64,000 bases of DNA from positions 1-64,000 of the forward strand of contig JBJOMY010000006.1 of the NCBI GenBank assembly GCA_046052125.1, read 5' to 3'. Positions 1-9,495 of the stretch are shown here, piece after piece. Position 1 is the first letter of the stretch; each line of letters begins with the position of its first letter. The stretch is from Cyanobacteriota bacterium (GTDB taxonomy: Bacteria; Cyanobacteriota; Cyanobacteriia; PCC-6307; Cyanobiaceae). The notes below the pieces were generated by a model. It saw nothing but the letters and a program-made list of their open reading frames with translations, made no database searches and was not told where the DNA came from. Both the position numbers and the translations under genes were made by a program.

Positions 1-43
1 TCCCGGCTCTTTCGGTTCGTGGCGGCTTCTCAACCGCTGTTTG

Positions 44-147
44 AACCTACAACACCGATCTCTCGGAGGTCTTCGGCTCCTGCTCAGCTCGCCTCGCGGC
101 TCCCGAGCAGTCCAAAACCATAACACCGGTTACCGCTGGCGTGTCAA
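44..147 (-). promoter_or_regulatory. Candidate tandem sigma70-type promoters firing out of the window's left end (possibly an rRNA operon P1/P2)
   Basis: Minus strand TTGACA (142-147), 19-nt spacer, TG-n-TATGGT (117-122); second -10-like TAGGTT at 44-49; no convincing ORF in 1-143. Confidence 0.35.
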
Positions 148-953
148 GCAGGCGACACGAGCGCGTCAGCCCAGGGCTTGAAGGTGGCCAACGTTTCCGC
201 ATCTCGGGCCGCCAACACAGGGAAGTTGGCCTGGGAGAGGTCTTCCCCTGGCTGCAGCTGGGATGGATCACGCTCCAGCCAGCGCACCGAGCAATTCAAT
301 TCCTGGAGCACCAGCCAGGCAGCGGCCAGGTCCCAAATCTTGGGTGTGGCCTCCAGGGCCGAGATCGTCTGCCCCATGCCCACGCTCACCAGATTGAGGC
401 TGGCCACACCCAGGAGACGGATCTTTCCAGGAAAGCGCTGGTTGGGGAGCTTCTGAAGCACACCGATCGAGCGACTGCACAGGGATGCACACCCCGCCAC
501 TTGATTCCGGGCTGCCGGTGGCTGCAACTTGTTGTGCTTCCGCCAAGCACCCCCACCGCGAATCGCCACGATTCGCTGCCGCAGAGGCGGTACATCCAGC
601 ACCGCGAGCACCGGCACACCGTGTTCAAAACGAGCGAGGGAAATCGCCCAGTAAGGAATCCCTGCCGCGAAGTTGGTGGTTCCGTCCAGGGGATCCACAA
701 CCCAGTAGGCCTCGGAAGAGGGCACGCACTGGCTTCCCTCCTCGCTCAACACCCCTTCACCGGGATAGAGCTGGGCCAACCCCTCCACCAGAGCGGCATC
801 GCTCCAGCGATCACAAGCAGTGATCAAGCTGCCATCGGCCTTGGCCTCAGAGTCGAGCTGCCCGAAGTCCTGGCGCTGCCGCTCGGCGACGCGATCGAGG
901 AGCTGTCCGAGCGCGTCGAGTCCTTCAGGCATGCGAATGGGAGATGAGGTCAT
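144..953 (-). CDS. Inositol monophosphatase family protein
   Basis: SEE, WVVDPLDGTTNF and WDLAA motifs of the IMPase family. Confidence 0.9.
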   Translation of the reverse strand: MTSSPIRMPEGLDALGQLLDRVAERQRQDFGQLDSEAKADGSLITACDRWSDAALVEGLAQLYPGEGVLSEEGSQCVPSSEAYWVVDPLDGTTNFAAGIPYWAISLARFEHGVPVLAVLDVPPLRQRIVAIRGGGAWRKHNKLQPPAARNQVAGCASLCSRSIGVLQKLPNQRFPGKIRLLGVASLNLVSVGMGQTISALEATPKIWDLAAAWLVLQELNCSVRWLERDPSQLQPGEDLSQANFPVLAARDAETLATFKPWADALVSPA

Positions 954-2329
954 CCGAGCTCCACGGCAAGAACGCGATCCAGGCTTCGGCCCGTGTCTTC
1001 CCGGAACTGGCGCAGGTTCACGCCGTTAAGCAGAACAAGGGCCAGCACAGCAATCGCTGCTTCAAAGAGGAACACTGCGGCGTAGGCCAGGAACGGCGAA
1101 TCCGCGGGGCTCAGCGATCGAGCTAAATCGAGCAGACCGCCACCGAGCACCTTGCCTGCTGCGCGTGAGTACGCCTGGGCAAGGCCCCACACCCCAACGA
1201 AGGTGCCAGCCACTTCCGGCAGGGTGAGGTCGAGCATCAACACCAGCGTGGCATTGGTGCCGATCCCAGTGGCCAGCCCGAACAGAAAAAGCACCACTTT
1301 CAGGGCCTGAGGCTGAGCGGTGAAGCCCACCAGGGCGATCAGGAGCAATGACGCAAGAATCAACTGACAGCCCAGGCGGGCACAGGCGAACTTGCCCAGC
1401 CGAGGCACCAACCAAAAACCCGCCAGCAGCAAACCGAGCAACGTACCGATCCCCCAGATGGCACTGAGAGAAGCGGTGGCCGCGATGGGCAGCCCGAATA
1501 CTTCAGCCCCGTAGCTCTCGAGAATCGGATCCTGGAGAAACACCGCCAGGGTGAACGCCAGCAGAAAGCAGAAGAACACCAACACCTGGCGGCTGGAGGT
1601 GATCAAGCTCCAGGCTGCGATCAAGGTGATGGCATCGTCACGGTCAACAGCGCGGCTGAGCTGTTGGCGCTGCCCCGGCGACTCAATCCCCCAGGTAGCC
1701 ACAAGCGTGAGGCCGAAAACCACCAGCGCAACTCGGGTCATGAAGGTGAGCAGCGCGGGTTCCAGCACTGCCGGGTCCGTTACACCGTCGATGCCGCGCA
1801 AGCAGACGGAGCTGGCGATGGCCCCCACCACGATGCCAACGGTGAGCAGGCACCAGATCAAACCCACAGCCCGCGGACGCTCCTGCTCGGTGGTGCTGTC
1901 GATCACCAGAGCCAGATAAGGGGTGGTGGCCAAAGAAACCGCCAGCCCGTAGCAAGCGGTGAGGCCGCACAACGCCGCCACCCCCAAAGCAATCGCCCAG
2001 CCGCCGCCAGCCTGCAGTGCAGCGTGCAAGCGAAAAATCAGCGGGATCAGCAGCACCGCAAGAGTGCAGAACAAGGCGGACCCAATCCAGATGTAGGGCG
2101 TGCGATGGCGTCCCGCCAGGGGATGAGCATCCGACACCTGTCCGAACAGGATTCGCGATGGAGCGACCAACTGCTCAAAGGCCAGGGCCACGCCGACAAG
2201 AAGGCCGGGGAAACCCAGCTCCGTGAGCATGACCCGATTGAGCAGACCCACGAAGATGACCGCCAAACAACCGACGCAGCCTTGAAAGAGGCCCAGTCGG
2301 AGCAGGCGGGGAAGAGGAAGAGTCAGCAG
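950..2329 (-). CDS. PucC/BCD-family MFS transporter (probable CTG start at 2329 or 2326)
   Basis: RLGLFQ...LLNRVM, SD.HP..GRHRTPYI and FLQDPILESYG motifs; multiple TM helices; frame open upstream of the TTG at 2266 up to a TGA at 2330-2332. Confidence 0.85.
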   Translation of the reverse strand: MLTLPLPRLLRLGLFQGCVGCLAVIFVGLLNRVMLTELGFPGLLVGVALAFEQLVAPSRILFGQVSDAHPLAGRHRTPYIWIGSALFCTLAVLLIPLIFRLHAALQAGGGWAIALGVAALCGLTACYGLAVSLATTPYLALVIDSTTEQERPRAVGLIWCLLTVGIVVGAIASSVCLRGIDGVTDPAVLEPALLTFMTRVALVVFGLTLVATWGIESPGQRQQLSRAVDRDDAITLIAAWSLITSSRQVLVFFCFLLAFTLAVFLQDPILESYGAEVFGLPIAATASLSAIWGIGTLLGLLLAGFWLVPRLGKFACARLGCQLILASLLLIALVGFTAQPQALKVVLFLFGLATGIGTNATLVLMLDLTLPEVAGTFVGVWGLAQAYSRAAGKVLGGGLLDLARSLSPADSPFLAYAAVFLFEAAIAVLALVLLNGVNLRQFREDTGRSLDRVLAVELG

Positions 2330-2352
2330 TCAGCGCTCAGCTGACTGCTGAC
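2322..2352. repeat. Perfect 13-bp inverted repeat with a 5-nt loop
   Basis: gtcagcagtcagc-gctca-gctgactgctgac between tolC stop and the PucC-like gene. Confidence 0.85.
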
Positions 2353-2370
2353 GTTAAGACGGTTTGCGGG

Positions 2371-4056
2371 TCAGGACGCCGCCTTGGCGGGAATGGATGC
2401 CTGGCAGGCCGGCTGCAGCGGCTCCGGGGGAACGGGGATGTTCTCCATCGACTCGAGAACGGGCTTGGTGGCACCGAGGCTGGTGGCCTGGCAGACCGCC
2501 ACCTGATCAAGACCGGTGCGACGACGCATCTCGGCAACATTAATGTTGTACTGAGCCAAGGCCTGTGCGTAGCGCACCTCGGCCTGGGTGAGGTCGCGCT
2601 GGTTATCCACCACTTCTCGCTGGGTGCTGACACCGGCCTGGAAGCGAAGACGAGCCAGCCGCAGGGATTCACGAGAGGAGAGCACCTCGCGGGATGTGGT
2701 TTGGATGTTGCGGTTGGCCTGGCGCAGTTGATAGAAGCTTTCCTCCACTTCAAAACGCAACCTGTCGCGGGTGTCGGCAAAGCGGAAGCTGTTTTCCTGT
2801 GCACGCTGCTTGGCCTGGCGGTACTGGGCCCGAGCGGCACCTCCATCAAAGATGTTCCAGCGGGCCTGAAGGCCGACGGAGTTCTCCACAGCCCAGCCAG
2901 TCCGTCCAGGCAGATCCACGATCACTTGCTCGCTGCCGTCGTAGCGGTAGCCGGTGAGGGTGTTGAAGATCGTCAGGAAGGGCTGAACCGCTCCAATCGC
3001 GCTATTGGCCTGGCTGTTGGCCGCTGAAATATCGAGCAGGGCGTTGTCGAGTTCTTCGCGGAAGGCATAGGCCGCCACCACGCTCTCCTGAAGCGATGCT
3101 GTCCAAACACCGAGGGGTTGGAGCTGCTCTTTGGCTGTGGGTGTGATGTTCTGAGGGAGGTCAAGCAGTCGGGCAAGATCACGCCGATTGATCGACTGAT
3201 CTGCCAATGCATTGGTGAGAAGCTGCTGGTCGCGGGCCAGCTGAGTTTCGGCTTCGAGCACTTCCAGCTTCGTGGCCACACCAGCTTGGAAGCGGGCACG
3301 GGCATCACGAAGACTCACCAGCGAGGCCCTGACTGACTCCTGACCGATGCGGACTGTGTCGTCGCTCAGCTGAAGCTCGAAATAGGCCTGAGCAGCCTGA
3401 AGGCGCAGCTCGCGCAGAGCGATCAAATATTGATTCTTGGCCTTCTCAAACTGATCGCGAGCCGCAGCGATCTGAGGAACCCGCTGGGGATTGATCAGAT
3501 CCCACTGGGCGGTGAGGGCACCACCCATATCCCAGCGACTGGTTGAGGTGTAGGACTTCTGCGTTGTGGTGGGTTGCCCCGGAATCGGACTGGCAACGGG
3601 CTGAGTTGTGCGCTGACTGCCGCCGGTGTAACTGGGAAAGCCGTCGGTTTGGACGCTCAGCGTGGGGTACCAGGCCGCGATCTGGGAGCGAAGGCTGCTC
3701 TGGGCTTGATCCACCTGGCTGGCGATGGCCTTGAGGCTGGGGTTGTTGACCTCAGCAAGGTTTTCAACATCCTTGAGCGAGAGCGGCCGCAGCTCAACGA
3801 TGCGCACCTGCTCCGGCTTGTTGGGAAGGGCGAGCGTGGCTGGAGAGGCGAGCTTCTGCAGGCTCGGATCCAGCTTCGTGGAGGCTGGCGCCAACACGCT
3901 TGGATCAGACTTTGGCCTCGGGCCTTTGACCTGAGGGGCCAGGGGCAGTGGGGTCTGAACGGAGCTGGCGGTTTGATCCTGAGCAAAGCCGGTGCCCGAG
4001 ATTGCCAGCAGACCGGAGCCAGCAGCTGCAAGCCAGGTCTTGAGGGGTCGCGCCAC
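2371..4056 (-). CDS. TolC-family outer membrane efflux protein
   Basis: Signal peptide; two OEP repeats (ARARFQAGVATKLEVLEAETQL, ARLRFQAGVSTQREV). Confidence 0.9.
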   Translation of the reverse strand: MARPLKTWLAAAGSGLLAISGTGFAQDQTASSVQTPLPLAPQVKGPRPKSDPSVLAPASTKLDPSLQKLASPATLALPNKPEQVRIVELRPLSLKDVENLAEVNNPSLKAIASQVDQAQSSLRSQIAAWYPTLSVQTDGFPSYTGGSQRTTQPVASPIPGQPTTTQKSYTSTSRWDMGGALTAQWDLINPQRVPQIAAARDQFEKAKNQYLIALRELRLQAAQAYFELQLSDDTVRIGQESVRASLVSLRDARARFQAGVATKLEVLEAETQLARDQQLLTNALADQSINRRDLARLLDLPQNITPTAKEQLQPLGVWTASLQESVVAAYAFREELDNALLDISAANSQANSAIGAVQPFLTIFNTLTGYRYDGSEQVIVDLPGRTGWAVENSVGLQARWNIFDGGAARAQYRQAKQRAQENSFRFADTRDRLRFEVEESFYQLRQANRNIQTTSREVLSSRESLRLARLRFQAGVSTQREVVDNQRDLTQAEVRYAQALAQYNINVAEMRRRTGLDQVAVCQATSLGATKPVLESMENIPVPPEPLQPACQASIPAKAAS

Positions 4057-4103
4057 CGAAAATCTCTGCCCGTATAAAAGTCGTCTCGGGGAGCTTAGTC
4101 AGC

Positions 4104-5483
4104 TCAGCAAGCGAAGCCCAAGCAAGCGGCCACGATCTCATCTGCCCCACCCACCAGGGTCACAGGCACAGGCAACTGGGCCGCAACGGCTTCCAGCCGT
4201 TGATCATCGAGAAAGACAGGCTCACCCTGCCGCAGCATCACAGCAGGCAGCAGCAGTTCCTCACCAAGATCAGAGCTGGCCAGCCCGTCCAGCAGATCCG
4301 ATCCTGTGAGCAAGCCGGTCACCACTTGCTCCTGGCCCCAGTAAGGGCTGGGGAGCCCGTGCATCAACAGCTCCAGTCCATCCACTGCATTCAGTCGATC
4401 CACAGCGGGCTGCAGCGCTTCAGCCACCAGCTGCCCCACCACCCAGCTCACCCGGCGAGGTTTGGGCAAGGCCGCCGGCAAATCGGCCGTGGCCTCATCC
4501 ATCGCCTCCAGGAAGGCACGGATGCTGCCCACCCCATTGCCCTCCTGGGGCAGATCCTCGTAATCGTCGCGCGGAGGGAGCGGGTAGCCCGCCATCAGGT
4601 ACCACTCATCAGAGAGCCAAGCGAAGCGGCTGCCAAGAGCTTCTTGAAAATGCTGCTGCAGTAGCTCCACCTGGGCAATCACCCGCTGGGCGCAGGCCCG
4701 ATCCACTGGCACCAGCCCATCGCCCTCAGGGCGATAGCGGGTGAGGCCCACCGGCACGACAGCCGCCGAGAGCACCGCCGGCCATTCGCCTCCGGCAAAG
4801 CCGGCCAGATCTTGCAGGGTGCGCTCGAGAGCCGGGCCGTCGTTCAGACCGGGGCACACCACCACTTGGGCGTGGATCTGGAGTTCCCGCTGCTGGAACC
4901 ACTGCAACTGCTCCATCAGCAGGCCGGCTCGGGGGTTCACCAGCAGACGCGAACGCAGCTCGGGCTCGGTGGCATGCACCGAAACGAACAGCGGTGAGAG
5001 GCGTTGCTCCTCGATGCGCTGCCAGTCGGCGGCCGTGAGGTTGGTGAGGGTGAGATAAGAGCCGTAGAGAAAGCTGAGGCGGTAGTCGTCGTCTTTGAGA
5101 TAGAGGCTGCGGCGATGACCTGGCGGCTGCTGATCGATAAAGCAGAACGGGCAGTGGTTGTTGCACTGCTTGAGGCCATCGAACAGGGCTTCGCTGAAGG
5201 CCAGCCCCAGCCCCTCATCGGCATCCTTCTCCAGCTCCAGCACGTGGACCGTGCCATCGGGGTCCTGCACCTCCAGGGTGAGGTCCTCCGCTGTCACCAG
5301 GAACTGAAAGTCGATCAGATCACGGGGCCGAATGCCATTGATGCTCAACAGCCGATCTCCCGGCTGAATGCCCAGCTCATCGCCAATCGAATCCGGCTCG
5401 ACCGCATCGACCAGAGCAGGCTGCGGCAACCGAACCTCGCTGGCATCCACCAGAGGAACACCCGCCGAAGGTTCCTTCCACAC
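4104..5483 (-). CDS. PDZ-domain radical-SAM-like Fe-S protein (TIGR03279/DUF512 type)
   Basis: N-terminal PDZ-like segment, CNNHCPFCF (CxxxCxxC), KDDDYRLSFLYGSY. Confidence 0.85.
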   Translation of the reverse strand: MWKEPSAGVPLVDASEVRLPQPALVDAVEPDSIGDELGIQPGDRLLSINGIRPRDLIDFQFLVTAEDLTLEVQDPDGTVHVLELEKDADEGLGLAFSEALFDGLKQCNNHCPFCFIDQQPPGHRRSLYLKDDDYRLSFLYGSYLTLTNLTAADWQRIEEQRLSPLFVSVHATEPELRSRLLVNPRAGLLMEQLQWFQQRELQIHAQVVVCPGLNDGPALERTLQDLAGFAGGEWPAVLSAAVVPVGLTRYRPEGDGLVPVDRACAQRVIAQVELLQQHFQEALGSRFAWLSDEWYLMAGYPLPPRDDYEDLPQEGNGVGSIRAFLEAMDEATADLPAALPKPRRVSWVVGQLVAEALQPAVDRLNAVDGLELLMHGLPSPYWGQEQVVTGLLTGSDLLDGLASSDLGEELLLPAVMLRQGEPVFLDDQRLEAVAAQLPVPVTLVGGADEIVAACLGFAC

Positions 5484-5533
5484 AGGCGCTGCCCGCTCGA
5501 GCTCTGCTGTTCAGTTTGGAGCTTCGGGCGACT

Positions 5534-6400
5534 TCAGCCGGGGTGATGGCCAACCCAGATCAGCAGTCCCACTCCAAAAAACAAGCGATAGCCCACAAAC
5601 CACCAGGTGCTGTGGTTTTGCAGGAAGCGCAGCAACCAGGCAATCGCCAGCCAGGACACCAGGGCTGAGGAGGCAATCCCCACCAACAGCGGCAACACTC
5701 CTCCTGCCGCCGGATGGGCGAAGGCCTCCTTCAGCTCCACCAGGCCAGCCAGGGTGATGGCAGGAATCCCGAGCAGAAACGAAAAGCGTGCGGCATCCGC
5801 CCGGTTCCAGCCGTCAAACAAGGAGGCCGTGAGCGTGCTGCCCGAGCGGGACACGCCGGGGATCAGCGCCAAGGCCTGGGCGAGGCCCACCAGCACGCCA
5901 TCGCGCACCTTCACCTGTTGCAGCAGGCGCCGACGCGTACCGATCTGCTCAGCCAGGGCGAGCAGCAGGGCCATCACGATCGACACCACGGCAATCGACT
6001 GAAGGCTGCGCAAAGGCGACTGGTCGAAATCGGGCACAAAGGCCTTGATGGCCAGACCCGCCAGCACGATCGGAATGGTGCCCAAGACAATGGCCAGCCC
6101 CAGGCGGGCCTCTGGGTCGTTCCACTCACGAGAGCGCAAGCCCGCGCTCACCCCCACCAGCACCTGGCGCAGGTCATGGCGGAAGAAGGCGATCACCGCA
6201 GCGATGCTGCCGAGCTGAATCACGGCGGTCACCGCCACACCCGGATCGCCCCAACCCATCAGCACAGGCACAACCTTTAGGTGCGCCGTACTGCTGATCG
6301 GAAGGAATTCGGTGAGCCCCTGCACCACCCCCAACACCAGAAAACGCCAGCAGGCTTCAAGCGCTCCGATCGAATCTTGCGGCGGCAGGGCAGCGAACAC
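5534..6400 (-). CDS. uppP: Undecaprenyl-diphosphate phosphatase
   Basis: QGLTEFLPISSTAH and ALIPGVSRSGST motifs. Confidence 0.95.
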   Translation of the reverse strand: MFAALPPQDSIGALEACWRFLVLGVVQGLTEFLPISSTAHLKVVPVLMGWGDPGVAVTAVIQLGSIAAVIAFFRHDLRQVLVGVSAGLRSREWNDPEARLGLAIVLGTIPIVLAGLAIKAFVPDFDQSPLRSLQSIAVVSIVMALLLALAEQIGTRRRLLQQVKVRDGVLVGLAQALALIPGVSRSGSTLTASLFDGWNRADAARFSFLLGIPAITLAGLVELKEAFAHPAAGGVLPLLVGIASSALVSWLAIAWLLRFLQNHSTWWFVGYRLFFGVGLLIWVGHHPG

Positions 6401-6484
6401 CGGGGCACAGGCAGCGGTGGATCGACCCTATGCGGATGAAGCAGCGGTGGCCAGAACCGGGAACACCGAACGGGTCCCCTAAGG

Positions 6485-7264
6485 TTGCACAACTTTCTTC
6501 ACACGTTGGTGATCGGGGTTCCGCCCAGCCTGACGGTGGCCGCGTTGCCCCCCAACGCGTTGCGGCAGCCCAGCCGCCTGAGCAGCCGCTCTTCCGATGC
6601 CCCCGTGGCAGGCAGCTGGCAGCTGAGCCTGGCTGGGGCCTTGCTGGTGGCCCTGCCAGTGTTTCTGCAGGCCCCATGGGTGCGGCTTGCTCCCTTCAGC
6701 GCGGCCCTATTCACAGCCCCCTTGCTGCTTTTGGGCATTGCGCTAGCTCAGCATTCCAATCCGCGCCTGAGCACGGCCGGCACACTCCTGGTGGGCTTCA
6801 GCGGCAGCTGGTTGGGAGGCTGCCTCTTTTGGGGATGGTTCCGGCTGCATCCGCTCTGGCATCTGCCGATCGAAGCGTTTGCCCTGCCCCTCGCCCTCGG
6901 GGGCCTCAACGGCCGCTGGCGTCTCGCCGCCAGCTTTTATCTCGCATCCCTACTTGGCACAGCCTGCACCGATGGGGTGATGGCAATCACCGGTGTGATG
7001 CAGCACTGGACGGAGGTCTTGCTCGCTCCCGTTGATCAGGCGGCCGATCTTTTGCAGACGGCTGCACTGGGGGTGGTGCAACCGATTCCCCTGAGCGTGA
7101 CGTTGCTGGCCGGTGCACTCCTGCTCAACCTCTGCCGCCGCTACTGGAATCACCCCGACCCCGCCTGGCGCCTGGCGGCTTCCGCCATCGCCACCACCCT
7201 TGCAGTGGATGGCCTGTTTCTCGGGGCATCCCTCTGGGCCCCTCAGCTCAGTGGTCTGATCTGA
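6485..7264 (+). CDS. Cyanobacterial membrane protein (DUF3120-like); start uncertain
   Basis: LPVFLQAPWVR, HLPIEAFALP, FYLASLLGTACTD; multi-TM. Confidence 0.75.
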   Translation: MHNFLHTLVIGVPPSLTVAALPPNALRQPSRLSSRSSDAPVAGSWQLSLAGALLVALPVFLQAPWVRLAPFSAALFTAPLLLLGIALAQHSNPRLSTAGTLLVGFSGSWLGGCLFWGWFRLHPLWHLPIEAFALPLALGGLNGRWRLAASFYLASLLGTACTDGVMAITGVMQHWTEVLLAPVDQAADLLQTAALGVVQPIPLSVTLLAGALLLNLCRRYWNHPDPAWRLAASAIATTLAVDGLFLGASLWAPQLSGLI

Positions 7265-7371
7265 AGAACTGCAAAAGCCTGAGCGAAGCGCTCAGGAGCT
7301 TGAGCGTCTCACCTGTAGCTTTGCAAAGCTGCTTGGCAGCCCCTGTGATTCCCGTTCAGACGGAGTTCTCG

Positions 7372-7749
7372 ATGAAACGGCTGGTTTCATGGCTCATGAG
7401 TGGCGTGCTGCTGGCCGGCCTGCTCTTCAGCCTGACGCTTGCACCCGCTGCCCAGGCCGCGGATCTGCGCAACGTGGCTGACGACAAGATCGCCGAGCGC
7501 GGCGACAAGGTTGACCTCAACAACTGCTCGGTTCGGCGCTTCCAGGCCTATCCCGGCATGTATCCCACCCTTGCCGGGAAGATCGTGCTCGGCGGTCCCT
7601 ACAACAGTGTTGACGACCTGTTCAAGCTTGATCTGACCGATCGTCAGAAAGAGCTGGTGGAGAAGTACAAGGCCAACTTCACCGTGACCCCGGCCTCGAT
7701 TGCCCTCAACGAAGGTGACGACCGCATCAACGACGGTCAGTACCGCTGA
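7372..7749 (+). CDS. psbU: Photosystem II 12 kDa extrinsic protein PsbU
   Basis: Signal peptide, KVDLNN, PGMYPTLAGKIV..GPY, DRINDGQY; GGAG upstream of ATG 7372. Confidence 0.95.
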   Translation: MKRLVSWLMSGVLLAGLLFSLTLAPAAQAADLRNVADDKIAERGDKVDLNNCSVRRFQAYPGMYPTLAGKIVLGGPYNSVDDLFKLDLTDRQKELVEKYKANFTVTPASIALNEGDDRINDGQYR

Positions 7750-7797
7750 TCAGCTGAGCTGATTCAACCCCAGGGATTTGAATATCCCCATCGGTTC

Positions 7798-7827
7798 AAG
7801 CCGTCGGGCCTTCCCGACGGCTTTTTT
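7798..7827 (+). terminator. Intrinsic terminator after psbU
   Basis: aagccgtcggg-cctt-cccgacggctt followed by a T run. Confidence 0.85.
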
Positions 7828-7851
7828 ATTGCCGTTCAGGCCTCGGGCTCG

Positions 7852-9495
7852 ATGGTTCAACTGCCCTCCAACTGGGATGTGATCGTGGTGGGGGGTGGTG
7901 CCGCAGGGCTGATGGCGGCCCTCGAGCTGCCAGCGGGGCTGAAGGTGTTGCTGCTCAGCAAAGACCATGCGCCGCGCTCCGCCAGCCGCTGGGCCCAGGG
8001 CGGCATTGCGGCGGTGACCCGAGCGGACGACAGCTTCACGAGCCATCGCGACGACACCCTGCGAGCCGGTGGTGGGCTCTGCGATCCCCCCGCCGTGGAT
8101 CTCCTAGTGCAGGAAGCTCCCGCCTGCGTGGAGCGGCTGCTGGAGCTGGGGATGGACTTTGATCGCCAGGACGGCGCACTCAGCACCACCCTGGAAGCGG
8201 CCCACAGCCACCGGCGGGTGCTGCACGCCCAGGACCGAACCGGTGGCGCCCTGGTGGATGCATTGGAGCGGCAGGCGCTCCGCAGACCCTGGCTATTGCG
8301 GCTGCAGGGAGCGCTGGCCCTTCAACTGTGGATCCAGGACGGGCGCTGCTGCGGACTGCAGACCCTCCACGCGAGCACGGTGCGCTGGCTGAGCGCCAGG
8401 GCGGTGGTGTTGGCCACCGGCGGTGGCGGTCATCTCTACGCCAACACCACCAACCCTTCCCAAGCCAGTGGGGACGGCATCGCCATGGCCTGGGAGGCCG
8501 GCGCCGTGATCCGCGACCTGGAATTCGTGCAGTTTCACCCCACAGCGCTGATGCTGCCGGGCGCGCCGCATTTCCTGATCTCCGAGGCGGTGCGCGGCGA
8601 GGGGGCCCGCCTGGTGGATGCCCAGGGCTCAAGCCCCGTGGCTCATCTGCCTGAAGCGGATCTCGCCCCGCGCGATGCCGTGAGCCGTGCCCTGGTGCAA
8701 TGCATGCGCGAGCAGCAGCTCGAGCATGTGTGGCTCGACCTACGCCCCGTGGGCCGGCCCAAGCTGGAGCAGCAGTTCCCCACCATCCTCGGGCGGTGCC
8801 GAGAGCTGGGGCTGGAGCCCACCACCACCCCAATCCCCGTGGCGCCGGCCGCCCACTACTGGATGGGCGGCGTGCGCACCACCAGTAACGCCGCCACCAC
8901 CATCCCCGGTCTCTACGCCGTTGGAGAAGTGGCCAGCACCGGCGTGCATGGTGCCAACCGGCTGGCCAGCAATTCTTTGATGGAGTGCCTGGTGTTTGCA
9001 CGGCAACTGCGAACCATCGACCTGCCCGCACCAGGAGCCGCCCTGAATGCATCGGAGCAGAGCCTGAGCGCCCTGCCGGTGCCCACGGGTGAGCAATTCA
9101 GGGCGATGGAGCGCAGGCTGCAGGAGCTGCGCCGACTCTGCTGGCAAGCGGCGGGCGTGGAGCGGCAGGCCAGCCCGTTGCGCCGCGCGCTGATCCAAAC
9201 CCAACAGCTTCAGGAACCCCTCGGCGCCGATTGCTGGCTGCAAGCCACCAAGGAGCTCACGCCCGATCGATTCGCGGCCTTAGACACCACCGAAGCCGCC
9301 TGGATCACGCGTGCCCACGACCTCCAGCAGCGGCTGGTGGTGACCAAGCTGTTGCTGGAGGCCGCGCTCTTCCGCCAGGAGAGCCGCGGCGGACACTTCC
9401 GCGTCGATGCCCCGGCAGCGCAACCCTTCTGGCGCCGCCACACGGTGCAGCAGCGCTCTCACCCGATCGCCACCGAAGCCGTGGCAGCTGGTTAG
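7852..9495 (+). CDS. nadB: L-aspartate oxidase
   Basis: GGGAAG FAD motif, SRWAQGGIAA, EFVQFHPT, HGANRLASNSLME, ESRGGHFR. Confidence 0.95.
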   Translation: MVQLPSNWDVIVVGGGAAGLMAALELPAGLKVLLLSKDHAPRSASRWAQGGIAAVTRADDSFTSHRDDTLRAGGGLCDPPAVDLLVQEAPACVERLLELGMDFDRQDGALSTTLEAAHSHRRVLHAQDRTGGALVDALERQALRRPWLLRLQGALALQLWIQDGRCCGLQTLHASTVRWLSARAVVLATGGGGHLYANTTNPSQASGDGIAMAWEAGAVIRDLEFVQFHPTALMLPGAPHFLISEAVRGEGARLVDAQGSSPVAHLPEADLAPRDAVSRALVQCMREQQLEHVWLDLRPVGRPKLEQQFPTILGRCRELGLEPTTTPIPVAPAAHYWMGGVRTTSNAATTIPGLYAVGEVASTGVHGANRLASNSLMECLVFARQLRTIDLPAPGAALNASEQSLSALPVPTGEQFRAMERRLQELRRLCWQAAGVERQASPLRRALIQTQQLQEPLGADCWLQATKELTPDRFAALDTTEAAWITRAHDLQQRLVVTKLLLEAALFRQESRGGHFRVDAPAAQPFWRRHTVQQRSHPIATEAVAAG

